DNA from: Mobula hypostoma
Taxonomy: Eukaryota
Direction: 5' to 3'
Length of the DNA: 64,000 nt
Assembly: GCF_963921235.1 (NCBI RefSeq)
Contig: NC_086097.1
Coordinates: 200,510,001 to 200,574,000 of the forward strand
Positions 22,452-35,907 of this stretch are shown piece by piece (the first letter of the stretch is position 1; every line of letters starts with the position of its first letter). The notes beneath the pieces are model-generated. The model saw nothing but the letters and a program-made list of their open reading frames with translations, ran no database searches and had not been told where the DNA came from. A program made the translations under genes and the position numbers.

Positions 22452-23750
22452 ATCAAGTTCAAATTCAGTTTTGTCATTCAATCTATCACAGGTATACAGC
22501 CAAATGAAACGACATTTCTCTGGACTGAGATGCACCACTCATTACATACAACTCATACACATAACGCAAAGTAATATTAACATGAATAAATTAACAAACA
22601 ATGAGGTGCATATACAAGTTAAAAAGTAAACAGTATAACGCTACTGGCACTTCATATGTGAAGAGACCTGTGTGGTGGCAGGGAATTCAGTAGTCTCACG
22701 GCCTAGGGGAAGAAGCTGTTTCCCATTCTAACAGTCCTTGTCCTAATGCTACGATACCTCCTGCCTGATGGATCAAAGAGATTCCTGGATGGATGGCAGA
22801 GAATGATGAGGGCCCTGCTTACACATCTGATAAATATCTCTAGTGGGTGGAAGAGAGCCCCTTATGAGCCTCTCAGCAGTCCAAACAATCCTTTGTAGGG
22901 ACTTGGGGTCAGATGCCTTGCAATTTCTGTACCAGATGGTGATGCAGCTGGTCAGGACTTTCTCCATGGTGCTCCCATAAAAAATGGTTAGGGGTAGGAA
23001 TAGAGCTTCATTTGCCTCAAGAGGTGAGATGCTGCTGTACTTTCTTGACCAAATAGGTGGTGTTGAGACACCAGATGAGATTGTCCATTTGTCCGTCATG
23101 TGCACTCCCAGAATCCTGGTGCCTCTAACTCTCTCCACAAAGGAGCCATATATATGCTGTGAAGAGCATGCACTTTCCTAAAGTCCACAATCATCTCTCG
23201 GGTCTTGTCCCCGTTGAGACTCGAGTTTTGTGCTTACACCATTCTGCCAGCCACTCTGCCTCCTCTCTATATGCTGTCTCATCCTCGCAGTTGATGAAGC
23301 TAACCAATGTTGTGTCATTAGTCTACTTGATGGTTCGGTTTGAACTGGATCTAACAGTGCAGTCATGCATCAGCAGCATAATAGCAGCGGGCTAAGCATT
23401 TAGCACTGGGGAGCACCAGTGCTCAGTGAGATGGAGCAAGAGATGTATCTGCCAACACAGACTGGCTGTGATCTTTTTGTCAAGAAGTCCAAGATTCAGA
23501 CACAGCAAGAGGGGTTGAGACCCAATGACGACAATGTACCCAAAAGCTTCTGACGGATGAATGTATTAAACTCCAAGCTGAAATCAATAAACAGCATCAT
23601 GGCATATGAAGCAGCATTTTCTAGGTGGGACAGAACTTAATGGAGGGCAAAGGCTATGGCATCATCAGTGGACCGATTTGAACGATAAGCAAACTAGAAA
23701 GAGTCCAATGTAGCAAGAAGATGGAACTTAAAGCAGTCCATAACCAACTG
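22452..23750 (-). mobile_element. Rex1/Babar LINE fragment
   Basis: ORF 22773..23138 contains E.VLTSCITIWY.NCKASD.KSLQRIV.TAE. Confidence 0.75.
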
Positions 23751-24045
23751 TGCAACTGTTATACTTTTGATATTTTAATAAAATATTGGGAACAATTTAA
23801 ATGAACCCTCTTGAATTTAAAAAAACATTTATAAATGCAGATACTAGTTTTGTTAGATTTGCTAATTTTAAAAATATCATTTTACTTCTCTTCTGTGTCT
23901 CTCTTAATCATATCAATATCTTCCTCTTAATTGTGCATGATTTGATATTGAACAACTACCTTAACTTGCAATTACTGGCTCAAAATCTGTGTGACAAAGT
24001 GAAAATTATTTAATTTGATTGGTGAAGTGAGTACAGTTGCTAGTC

Positions 24046-24137
24046 GTGTGCATGTGCGCGCACGCGCACACACACACACACACACACACAAAGACATACA
24101 TATACACACACACACACATACATATATACATATATAT
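24046..24137. repeat. (CA)n/(TA)n compound microsatellite
   Basis: Read directly from the sequence. Confidence 0.9.
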
Positions 24138-25811
24138 CATTAAATTGGATATATTGGCTTGTTTAAATCTTAAGGCCCTTACTAAAGCATCCCAACTACA
24201 AAAAGATTTAGATGCACACAGCAGATAATGTGGGAACTAAAAGACAAAATAATATGGATCAGACATAAGAAAAACAATGACAGAATTAATCAGATGTGGC
24301 AGCACCTAGGGAATTGAGAAACTATAGCTGAGAAAAGGATATGGATAGGGCTTGTGTTACATGTATTGGCCACAGTCCAAATGATCATTCAGTCTGTTTA
24401 CTATACCAGATTAATCTGCACCAATGGGTCTAACAATAGGGTGAGAGGCGCCTATAAACAGAGTTAGAGCTACTTACACAGGAGTTGAACTTGCTCTGTA
24501 AAATTATTATAGCTCCAAAACTGTAGAAGCATGTGATATTTTATAATAGCAGGAGCATTTCCTATTATATAATCCTATCTCATATTTTATCTGTTCATAT
24601 ATAATTTATTACAGTTTATATCACATTAACAACAGTGCTACTTAATTTCAATAACATTTTACAAAGTGCTTTGAGTTGCACCATTCTACGAGATTTGACT
24701 TGTTTAATTCTATCCATATAGGTTCAGGTCAAACACAGAAAGAAGATAATGGAGGACTATTTATTGGATTACGCGGTCTATAACTCTGTACTACTGCCTC
24801 TGGTGGGTCTCCTGCTACAAGGCAAACCGTGACAGAGGTGACTAGGATATTGGCTGAAATATACAATTCTGTGGGCATGACTTCATCAAGCTGTTGTTTG
24901 ACTAGCTTGTAGAACATCTGTCCAAATTTAAAATTACTCATTGATGCTTGTGAAAGGAACTTTACAAACATACTAGAATGCAAGTGGCATTGCAAATACA
25001 AATCTTATTTTCTAGTTTAATACAATCTCTGGTGTAATACAGGTTCATCTCCCTCTACACTTGGTTGGCTCTACTATAACTTTCAGCAGTTAATTAAAAA
25101 TTTCAAGAGGCATAAAAACATAACAAATAGGAGCAGATTAAGAAATAGGAGCACAAAGCAGCCATCTGGTCTGTTGAGCCTGCTCCACCTTTCAGTAAGA
25201 TCAAGGCTGATATTATTGACAATATTGATATTTTACTGTAGGTGTTTTGTCCAGAAAGTTCTCAATTTTGGTCTACCTGCTGTATTAGAGGCCAAACTTT
25301 TGCTGCATTTACACAGCTTATCTGTATCTTCCCTCTCAATCTGAGTCATGTTTAATTTCACAAATATTCCCAAATTTGAAAGTAAATTGATTATCAAAGT
25401 ACATATATGTCACCATATACCACCTTGCAATTTATTTTCTTGTGAGCATACTCAATAAATCCATAATGGAAAAATAAAATACCATACCAACTTAAGCATT
25501 CAACCAGTGTATAAAAAACAAATTGCGCAAATACAAAACTGATAAATAAATAAATAAGCAATAAATATCAAAATTATGAGATGAAGAATCCTTCAAAGTG
25601 AGTCCATAGGTTGTGAGAACATTTCAATGAAGGAGCAAGTGAACTGAAGCTGAGTACCTTCGCAACAACTTTTAACAACACTAAAGCTAGGTCAGTCAGC
25701 AAATCTAGTTTGAACACATAGTTAGGAAGATGTTGAGCCCTAGTTGATAGTAGCTCATCTTAAAAGGTTCAATAACCTGATATAATATAGATTATCACAG
25801 GATCTAAATCA

Positions 25812-25970
25812 AGAAACACACACAAAATGCTGGAGGGCCACAGCAGGCCAGGCAGCATCTACAGAAAAGAGCACGTCGACATTTCAGGCTGAGACCCTTC
25901 AGCAGGTGCTGAGTTCTTCCAGCATTTTGTGTGTGTTACTTGGATTTTCAGCATCTGCAGATTTTTTTGT
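25812..25970. mobile_element. PLE-terminal hairpin insertion
   Basis: ACACACAAAATGCTGGA ... TCCAGCATTTTGTGTGTG arms, with a degenerate hammerhead at 25875-25906 on the minus strand. Confidence 0.7.
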
Positions 25971-26530
25971 TAAAAATCAAGGCATCATTTCCTCATATTT
26001 TAGACAGATAATTTATTGATCCTAAAGGAAATTTCTGTGTCACAGTAGCAATATTTGTTCAGATATACAAATATTAGAAGAGAAGAAAGAAAGAATACAG
26101 ATAAGTTACCTTAAAAATGAGATGTACAAGATTTATTTCAAAGATTACAAGATCACACCCCCAACTATAGATTGACTCATTATAGAGCCTGATGGCAGAG
26201 GGTAAGAGTGATCTCAATTGGCGCTCTTTGGAGCAATGCAGTATCTTAGTCAATGGGAGATGTTGTCTCTCCAGAGAAACTGTACTAGGAGGGACTGTTA
26301 AAGATTTATCAAACATTTGTTTCAATTCTAAAGATACACTGTATACTTTACTTTTTAAAATGTGAACCACATTAATCATTTAACTATTTTATCAGTGAAT
26401 TGAATTTTTATTATGAATTGAATTAATACATAAACAGTTATTAGATGTAATGTTAGTATATAAATAGTGCTGAAATTTTCAATCATATCACACATAAATG
26501 AGGTAGTCTGCCAATAAGTAAGTCACATAC

Positions 26531-26605
26531 TTAGGTTCATTAACATTAAGGACTCTTCCTTCAGAAGTTATCAGTGTTCGTTGTGGTTTCTGTTTTCTAT
26601 GATTT
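26531..26605 (-). CDS. LRRC6: LRRC6 exon 7 (NHRKQKPQRTLITSEGRVLNVNEPK)
   Basis: ttgcag| and |gtatgt, 75 nt, RTLIT..G..LNVNEPK motif. Confidence 0.95.
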
Positions 26606-27954
26606 CTGCAAAGGAAATGGTATTTGCTTTCTATGAAACAAGCAGCTCACAAAACTAAAATCTTAGAACATTAACTTTTGTCCTCTTCATTCGGCAGCTT
26701 TTGGTGACTTACACCTACAGTACAATATCATAAGTATCTTAATCAAGTCCCGGTTCTCTTTGGAGAGCAGATACTGCATGTAATGGAAACTAGTTAATCA
26801 ATTCTATCAATACACAATGTCCATACATGCGTACTTTGTGGTAGAAGCTGATAAAACAGCCATGAAATGTAACAACCCCATCAAAAATTACCAAAGCTAA
26901 AAGTAGCATGGCCAGTACCAGAAGGCAAAAACAACAGAGTTCACAGCATGGGATAAATCAGACCAGAAGCACTCACCATGCCGTCATGTGGTTTATTTGC
27001 TTATCGAAACATCACAGGATTATTTTGATGCCTTCAATATACAGAAAGGATTGGTGTAACTTAATATACACCATTAATTATGGATAATATGCAAATTAAT
27101 TATGGAATATGCTTTATTACTGTTCAGTTCCCAGATGCTTATAATTATCATAAAGCAAACCCAGCACTTTAAATATTAAACTACTATTTGAGTAGGTATC
27201 AGTAGAATACTGATTTGCAAAATACCATAATACTGTTTGTTTAATGACTGAAATAAATATAGGACTGGCTGTATACGCATGCTCAGCAGCTCAGGCAACA
27301 TCTGTGCAGAAAATCAATGGTAAAGTTGCAATTTGATGACTTTTCAACTGAAATAAAAGTGAACAAGGTAAAAATGACGAATGGAAATCCCAGACAGAAG
27401 AGCAGAGCTGCTTCAAGAACAACATTTCTGGAAGAGAAGAGGCAGAGAATTAAACAGTAATTCAAAAATAAAATATTGCAGATACAGGAAATCTGAACAT
27501 AAAAACAGAAAATAATGGAAGCACTCAGCTGGTCAGGCAGCACCCATGGAGGTAGAAACTTAGGTAATGTTTCTGGCCGATGACCTTAGAGGAAAATGTA
27601 TTGAAAGTATCCCTCTAGTATAAATAAGAGTATACTGGATTAAAATGTCCATGCTAAAAATGAATTATTCAAAAATATATTTCTGAATTTTCTTTACATT
27701 TTACATTTATCAGGAAACCCAAGTAAAATAAAAACCTTTTCAGAATTCCGAACTGTAAATAGGACAGTGTTAAAAATCTACTCAAAAAGGCAGCAAGTGT
27801 TAATTGAGGTCTTTATCACAAAAGTAGTAAAAATAAAAGTTGGCCAGAATCTCCACTCTATCTCATGAGCCAACATCTCCTGCTGGATGTGTATGTTCAA
27901 GTAATGAGTTCAGATAATGTCAGATTTAGCTGCCGTTCCTTTGTCATAAAATAC

Positions 27955-30110
27955 TGTAGAACATAGAACATAGAATAGTACAGCACAGTACAGGCCCTTC
28001 GGTCCACAATGTTGTGCCGACTCTTAAACCCTGCCTCCCATATAAGCCCACCACCTTAAATTCCTCCATATACCTGTCTAGTAGTCTCTTAAACTTCACT
28101 AGTGTATCTCCCTCCACCATTGACTCAGGCAGTGCATTCCACGCACCAACCACTCTCTGAGTAAAACACCTTCCTCTGATATCCCCCTTGAACTTCCTTA
28201 CCTTAAAGCCATGTCCTCTTGTACTGAGCAGTGGTACCCTGGGGAAGAGGTGCTGGCTGTCCACTCTATCTATTCCTCTTAATATCTTGTATACCTCTAT
28301 CATGTCTCCTCTCATCCTTCTTCTCTCCAAAGAGTAAAGCCCTAGCTCCCTTAATCTCTGATCATAATGCATACTCTCTAAACCAGGCAGCATCCTGGTA
28401 AATCTCCTCTGTACCCTTTCCAATGCTTCCACATCCTTCCTATAGTGAAGCGACCAGAACTGGACACAGTACTCCAAGTGTGGCCTAATCAGAATTTTAT
28501 AGAGCTGCATTATTACCTCGCGACTCTTAAACTCTATTCCTCAACTTATGAAAGCCAACACCCTACAAGCTTTCTTAACTACCCTATCTACCTGTGAGGC
28601 AACTTTCAGGGATCTATGGACATATACCCCCAGTTCCCTCTGCTCCTCCACACTACCAAGTATCCTGCCATTTACTTTGTACTCTGCCTTGGAGTTTGTC
28701 CTTCCAAAGTGTACCACCTCAAACTTCTCCGGGTTGAACTCCATCTGCCACTTCTCAGCCCACTTCTGCATCATATCAATGTCTCTCTGCAATCTTCGAC
28801 AATCCTCTACACTATCCACAACACCACCAACCTTTGTGTCGTCTGCAAACTTGCCAACCCACCCTTCTACCCTCACATCCAGGTCAGTAATAAAAATCAC
28901 AAAAAGTAGAGGTCCCAGAATTGATCCTTGTGGGACACTGCTAGTCACAATCCTCCAGTTTGAATGTACTCCCTCCAACACGACCCTCTGCTTTCTGCAG
29001 GCAAGCCAATTCTGAATCCACCTGGCCAAACTTCCCTGGATCCTATGCCTTCTGACTTTCTGAATAAGCCTACCGTGTGGAACCTTGTCAAATGCCTTAC
29101 TAAAATCCATGTAGATCATATCCACGGCACTACCCTCATCTATATGCCTGGTCACCTCCTTAAAGAACTCTATCAGGCTTGTTAGACACGATCTGCCCTT
29201 TACAAAGCCATGCTGACTGTCCCTGATCAGACCATAATTCTCTAAATGCCCATAGATCCTATCGCTAAGAATCTTTTCCAACAGCTTTCCCACCACAGAC
29301 GTAAGGCTCACTGGTCTATGATTACCCAGATTATCCCTACTACCTTCTTTGAACACAGGGACAACATTCATCTCCCTCCAATCCTCCAGTACCATTCCCG
29401 TGGACAAGAAGGACATAAAGATCCTAGCCAAAGGCTCAGCAATCTCTTCCCTTGCCTCATGGAGCAGCCTGGATATTCCGTTAGGCCCCGGGAACTTATC
29501 CATCCTAATTTAACAACTCCAACACCTCCTCTCCCTTAGTATCAACATGCTCCAGAACATCAACCTCTCTCATATTGTCCTCACCGTCATCAAGTTCTCT
29601 CTCATTGGTGAATACCGAAGAGAAGTATTCATTGAGGACTTCGCTCACTTCCACAGCTTCCAGGCACATCTTCCCAACTTTATCTCTAATTGGTCCTACC
29701 TTCACTTCTGTCATCCTTTTGCTCTTCACATAATTGAAGAATGCCTTGGGGTTTTCCTTTACCCTCCTCGCCAAGGCCTTCTCATGCCCCCTTCTTGCTC
29801 TTCTCAGCCCCTTCTTAAGCTCCTTTCTTGCTTCCCTATATTCCTCAATAGACCCATCTGATCCTTGCTTCCTAAAACTCATGTATGCTGACTTCTTCCA
29901 CCTGACTAGATTTTCCACCTCACTTGTCACCCATGGTTCCTTCACCCTACCATTCTTTATCTTCCTCACCGGGACAAATATCCCTAACATTCTGCAAGAG
30001 ATCCCTAAACATCGACCACATGTCCATAGTACATTTCTCTGCAAAAATATTATCCCAATTCACACCCGCAAGTTCTAGCCTTATAGCCTCATAACTTGCC
30101 CTTCCCCAAT
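27955..30110 (-). mobile_element. 5'-truncated CR1 LINE with a well-preserved RT region
   Basis: ORFs 29505..30044, 28541..29503 (YMDFSKAFDKVPH, VPQGSILGP, FADDTK) and 27944..28510. (GTTCTAT)n tail. Broken by a frameshift and a stop. Confidence 0.95.
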
Positions 30111-30383
30111 TACCACTATCACTATCTATTTTCACTCATACAGAATAACTCTTAAAATGAAGGTTAGGAAAGCAAATGAAAGTGAAGAACTTAAAAAGTG
30201 TCAAGAGTCAGGCATAAGTTAACAGAAAAATGCAATTTCAAGACATAGAAAGAAAAAGAAAATATGGAGACAGTTTCTCATTGACAATTTATAAACATTT
30301 CCATTTGTAATGTTTTACCTTAAAATAATTAGAAATATGCATTTCATTTACTATATTAATATATTTACTACTAATAATGTTAC

Positions 30384-30575
30384 TTGTCCTGCTCTTTAGA
30401 TTTCCTCATCTTCTCAATATATCTGTGGGTTTCCAGTCTTGATTCAGGTGTGTAATATGAAGGCTCCTCCCAGAATTTTTTGTTCATCTCATCTTCATCT
30501 GTTTTTGTGAGAGCTTTACCCTCTTTTGCATCAGTGTTGCTTTGCTCACTTTCTGTGTTCTGACCTTGAACAAGT
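30384..30575 (-). CDS. LRRC6: LRRC6 exon 6 (LVQGQNTES...FWEEPSYYTPESRLETHRYIEKMRKSKEQDK)
   Basis: Pyrimidine tract with ttaag| acceptor and |gtaaca donor, 192 nt. Conserved FW.....TPESRLET motif. Confidence 0.9.
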
Positions 30576-30915
30576 CTTAATAGAAGAGAAAATAAGAAAC
30601 AATAATCCAAAATGATTCTTCAACAACAGGAAAATACAATGCAGCTGAACCTACTGATGTTCCAAAATTATATGTGAGAGACACATGCGATCTGACATGT
30701 TTTTCCTTTCCAAATTATTATAGCAAAACTCTAAAATATAGTGAGTTGGCATGTGACACCTGGTTTCCATGGTTCTTTTAAACTCATCAAGGCCCCCATT
30801 TTGATTCTTCTTTAAAACACAATGGAGCTCTGTCCCAATGTTCCTGTTAAGTTCGGAAAGGCCCTATCTCCTGTATTCTTTTTAAATTCACTTGATTCAC
30901 TGGTATTTTATTATA

Positions 30916-31224
30916 TATATAGGCATCCGTTAGTCTCATGAGACCATGGATTTGCACCTTGGAAGGTGTCCAGGATGCAGGCCTGGGCAAGGTTGTATGG
31001 AAGACCGGCAGTCGTCCATGCTGCAAGTCTCCTCTCTCCATGCCACCGATGTTGTCCAAGGGAAGGGCACTAGGGCCGATACAGCTTGGCACAGGTGTCG
31101 TTGCAGAACAATGTATGGTTAAGTGCCTTGCTCAAGGATACAACACGCTGCCTCAGCTGAGGCTCGAACTAGCAACCTTCAGATCACTAGACCGATGCCT
31201 TAACCACTTGGCCACGCGCCAACA
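30916..31224 (-). mobile_element. tRNA-derived CORE-like SINE
   Basis: A box TGGCCAAGTGG, B box AGTTCGAGCC, CORE-like CCTTGAGCAAGGCACTTAACC, (TA)n tail, TTTATTATA TSD. Confidence 0.85.
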
Positions 31225-32538
31225 TTTATTATAACTGCACGCAATATGCTAAAATATGAATTAGAAGTGTGCTGATATATTAATAGTAAAAAATCCAAAG
31301 GGATGACCTGATAAAAATACATATGATTATGAAAGGCATAAATAGGATAGGTGATAGTTTTTTCCCATGGTAAGAATATCAAAAACAAAAGGCTGAGATT
31401 TAATGTGAGAAAAAGAAGCTTTAAAGGAAACAGGGGACTAAATATTCTTTTACACATAAAGAGTGGTTGAATCTGGATGGAGCTGCCAGAGCAGTGGTAG
31501 AATCAGATACAAATATGGTTAAAAAGCATTTTGACAAATAATTAAATAAACAAGACAGTGAAGGATACAATCTTAATGTGGGCAAATGGGATTCGTGTAG
31601 ATGTATAAAAAGGTCAGCATCCACATTTTGAGTGCCACAGTCCTGAGGCAACACCAGATTGCATTTTGGGAGAGAAAGTTTAAAAGAAGCAAGTGGGGCA
31701 ATCAACACATTTTGCACACCACAGTCCCGAGGAGACACAGGTTGCACATAATTAGGCACACAGCAAGGACGAATAAAAAGAAGTTAGTTTTAAGTGAAAT
31801 GGCCATTATGGGAGCGGCCATTGATGGAGTAAGCCAGTGTTAGAGTGGGGAGTTCAGGCATATGCTGAAGGTAGATATTTTTTCTTCAATTATCTATTCT
31901 CTCATTCTTTTTGCAAACTTAGAGCAGTGGGGATACGAGACTGGATGCTGTAATGCTCCTCTTGTGGGATGTGGGAAGGCAGGACGATCTCCAGTGTCCA
32001 TGACTACTACACCTGCAAGCAGTGTATCAAGCTGCAGCTCCGAACAGACCATGTTAAGGGGTTGGAGATGGAAAAGTATGAACTCAGGATCATTCAGGAG
32101 GCTGAGAGGTTAATAGGACATAGAGGAAGGTAGTTACACCCAAGGCACAGGACACAGGCAACTGGGTGACCATCCGGACTGGGTAAGGGGATAGGATTCC
32201 CCTCAACAACAGGTGTACTGCTTTGGGGTCCAATAAGGTTTTATGGGTAAAAGTGTGAAATAAGAAAGGTATTATAGACCATGCAACAGTCTGTGGGATT
32301 TAGAGGAGCAAATTTGTAGTGAGATTGCAGACTGTTGCAATTAACATAAACTTGTTAAAGAAGATGACTTTAACTTTCCAGATATTGACTGGGACTTACA
32401 TACTATAAAAGGGCTGGATGGGAAGGAACTTGTCAAATATGTTCAGGAAAGTTGCCTTAATTAGAAAATAGAAGTCACAACTAGAGAGAGTGCAATACTA
32501 GAGCTCATATTAGGGAATGAGACAGGGCAAATGACAGT

Positions 32539-33262
32539 ACATAAGAACATACGAAATAGGAGCGGGAGTAGGCCATCCAGCTCATCAAGCCTGCCCTGCC
32601 GTTCAATAAGATCGTGGCTGATCTGTCCGTAAACTCAGCTCCATCTACCTTAACCCCATAACCCTTAATTCCCCTACTATGTAAAAATCTAACTGTATCT
32701 TAAATATATTTAGTGAAGAAGCCTCAACTGCTTCCCTGGGCAGGGAATTCCACAGATTCACCACTCTCTGGAAAAACAGTTTCTCCTCATCTCCATCCTA
32801 AATCTTCTCCCCTGAATCTTGAGGCAATGACCCCTAGTTCTAGTCTCACCTACCAATGGAAACAATTTTCCTACTTCTATCTTATCTATCCCTTTCAAGA
32901 TTTTGTACGTTTCTATAAGATCCCCTCTCATTCTTCTGAAATCCAAAGAGTCTAGTCCCAAGCGACTCAATCTCTCCTCATAGGTTAACACCTTCATCTC
33001 TGGAATCAACCTGTTCTCCAGGTGCGGCCTCACCAGTATCCTGTATAGTTGCAGCACGACCTCCCTGCTCGTGAATTCAATCCCTCTAGCAATGAAGGCC
33101 AACATTCCATTTGCCTTCTTAATAACCTGTTGTACCTGCAAGCCAACTTTCTGCGAATCATGAACAAGCACTGCCAAGTCCCTCTGCACAACAGCATGTT
33201 GCAATCTTTCACCGCTTACATAATAATCTGCTCTTCTATTATTCCTTCCAAAGTGGATTTAC
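32539..33262 (-). mobile_element. CR1 3' fragment nested in the opposite orientation
   Basis: ORF 32758..33204 (KKANGMLAFIARG...RRMRGDLIETYKI). Confidence 0.88.
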
Positions 33263-33552
33263 CAAACCAGAAGTTTGTGTAGGGAACACTTTGCAGGTAG
33301 TGATCATAATGCCATCAATTTCAAGATAATTATAAAGAAGGATAGGTCTGATCCTCATGCTGAGAGTCTAAATGGGAGAAAAGTCAATTTTAATGGTGTC
33401 AAAAGATCTGGAATATTCGGATTGGAACAGATTGTTTTCTGGCAAATGTGTACTTGCTAAGTCGGAGGCCTTCAAAAGTGAAATTTGGAGAATACAGAGT
33501 TACTTGTCCCCGACAGAATAAAAGGCAAGGATAATAATGTAAGTTTATGAAA

Positions 33553-33672
33553 ACAACAGAAATTCTGCAGATGCTGCAAGTTCAAGGAACACACATCAAA
33601 GTTGCTGGTGAACGCAGCAGGCCAGGCAGCATCTCTAGGAAGAGGTACAGTCGACATTTCAGGCCGAGACCC
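33553..33672 (-). mobile_element. Short PLE-terminal insertion
   Basis: Near-identical to 10013-10136; ends inside hammerhead helix II. TATGAAA repeated at both flanks. Confidence 0.8.
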
Positions 33673-33764
33673 ACTATGAAACCCTGGTTTTTGGAAGATA
33701 TTGAGGACCTGGTTAAGGAAAGGAAGTGCATAGCAGGTATAGGTTGGCAGAAACAGATGAGGTA

Positions 33765-35907
33765 CAGTTTCAAGAAAAGTTTGTGAACCCTCTGCAATTA
33801 CCTGTTATTCTGCATAAATTACTCATAAAGTATGGTCTGACCTTCACCTACTGCAAGTCACTAACTGCCTTTTCAATTGTACTTTTCATGTCTTTATTGA
33901 ACACATTGTTTAATCTTTCACAGTCCAGGCTGGAAAAAGTATGTGAGCTTTTATTTATTAACTGGTAGAATCTCCTTCAGCAGCAATAACCTCCACCAAA
34001 CATTTCCTGTAGCTGCTTATCAGACTTGCACAATGGCGAGAAGGAATTTTAGACCATTCCTCCACACAAAACTGTTTCAGTTCATCAATATTTCTGGGAT
34101 ACTTTTCATGAACAGCCCTCTTCAGGTCATGCCACAGCATCTCAATTAGTTTAAGGTCTGGACTTTGACTTCGCCATTCCAAAGCTCTTGTGTTTCTGAT
34201 CATTGTCTTGCTGCATCATCCAACTTCTAATAAGTTTCAGGTGATGGACTGCTACCCTGAATTCTCCTGTCAAATGTCTTGATATAATTTTGAATTCATT
34301 GTTCTGTCAACAATTACAAGCTGTCCAGGACTTGAGGCAGCAAAGCAGTTCCAAACCATGATGCTCCTTCCACCATGTGTCACACTTGGGATGAGGTTTT
34401 GGTGTTGGTGTGCAGTGCCCTTTTTCCTCCAAACATAACGGTATGCATTTCTGCCAATAAGTTCAACTTCTGTCTTATCTGATACGAAGATTGGGGAAGG
34501 GGAAAGTAGTGTTGAGGAAACAGGTAGGATGCAGAAGGACTTAGGCAGATTAGGAGAATGGGCAAGAAAATGGCAAATCAAATACAATGTTGGAAAATGC
34601 ATGACCATGCACTTTGGTAGTAGAAATAAATGTGTGGACTATTTTCTAAACAGGGAGAAAATCCAGGAATCTGAGATGCAGGGGGATTTGGGAGTCCTTG
34701 TGCAGAACACCCTGAAGGTTAACTTGCAGGCTGAGTCAGTGGTGAGGAAGGCAAATGCCATGTTAGCATTCATTTCAAGAGGCCTATAATACAAGAGCAA
34801 GGATGTGATGCTGAGGCTCTATAAGTCACTGGTGAGGCCTCACCTTGAGTATTGTGAACAGTTTTGGGCCCTCATCTTAGAAAAGATGTTCTGGCAGTGG
34901 AGAGGGTCCAGAGGAAGTTCACAAGAATGATTCCAGGAATGAAAAGTTTATCATATGGCGAACGTTTGATAGTTCTGGGTCTGTACTTGCTGGAATTCAG
35001 AAGGATGAGGGGGGATCTCATTGAAACCTTTCGAATGTTGAAAGGCCTAGACAGAGTAGATTCAGAAAGGATGCTTCCCATGGTGGGGGAGTCTAGGACA
35101 AGAGGGCACAGCCTCAGGATAGAGGGGTGCCCTTTCAAAACAGAGATGCAGAAAAATTTCTTTAGCTGAAGGGTGGTGAATTTATGGCCACATGCAGTTG
35201 TGCAGGCCAGGTCATTGGGTGTATTTAAGGCAGAGATTGATATGTTCTTAATTGGAAATGGCATCAAAGGTTATAGGGAGAAGGCCAGGAACTGGGGTTG
35301 AGGAGTAGATTAAAAAAAGGATCAGGCATAACTGAATGGCAGAACAGACTCGGTGGGTCAGATGGCCTAATTCTGCTCCCATGTCTTATGCTCTTATCTG
35401 TCCACAGAACATTATTTCAGAAATATTGTAGAACAACCAGGTGGTCTTCTGCAAACTTGAGACATGTAGTTATCTTTTTTTTTTGGACAGAAGTGTTTTC
35501 CTCTGTGGTATCTTTCCATGAACACCATTCTTGTTCGGTGTTTTTCTTATAGTGGACACACTACAGAGACTTCAGCAAGTACAAGAGATTTCTTCAGGTC
35601 TTTTGCTGTAACCCTAGTTCTTTTTCACCTCTGTCAGCATTCATTGATTGGAAAACCTGACTCCAAATAGCTTTTGTAGAAAGCATTTACCAGAGGTCCA
35701 CATACTTTTTTGGAACCTAGACTGTGATTATTTAAATGATGTACTCAGTATTGATGAGAAGTAGTACAATTGTTTGTGTGTTACTAGTTTAGGCAGATTG
35801 TGTTTGTCTATTATTGTGACTTAGATGAAGATCAGAGCACATTTTATGAGTAATTAATGCAGAAAACCAGATAATTGCTAAGGGTTCACAAACATTTTCT
35901 TGAACTG
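33765..35907 (-). mobile_element. Tc1-like transposon (decayed transposase) with a nested CR1 fragment at 34482-35391
   Basis: TIRs CAGTTTCAAGAAAAGTTTGTGAACCC / GGGTTCACAAACATTTTCTTGAACTG with TA flanks. W.SQSPDL..IE.LW and HGG.SIMVW.CF motifs. The CR1 insert is bounded by TCTTATCTG. Confidence 0.9.

Noticed and set aside
24720..25001. Unique-looking ORF or possible antisense exon in intron 7
   Set aside because: No recognisable homology, no convincing pair of splice sites, and the LRRC6 model is complete without it.
28541..29503. 320-aa reverse transcriptase ORF as a functional gene or active LINE
   Set aside because: It is part of a 5'-truncated CR1 broken by a frameshift and a stop, with no endonuclease or ORF1.
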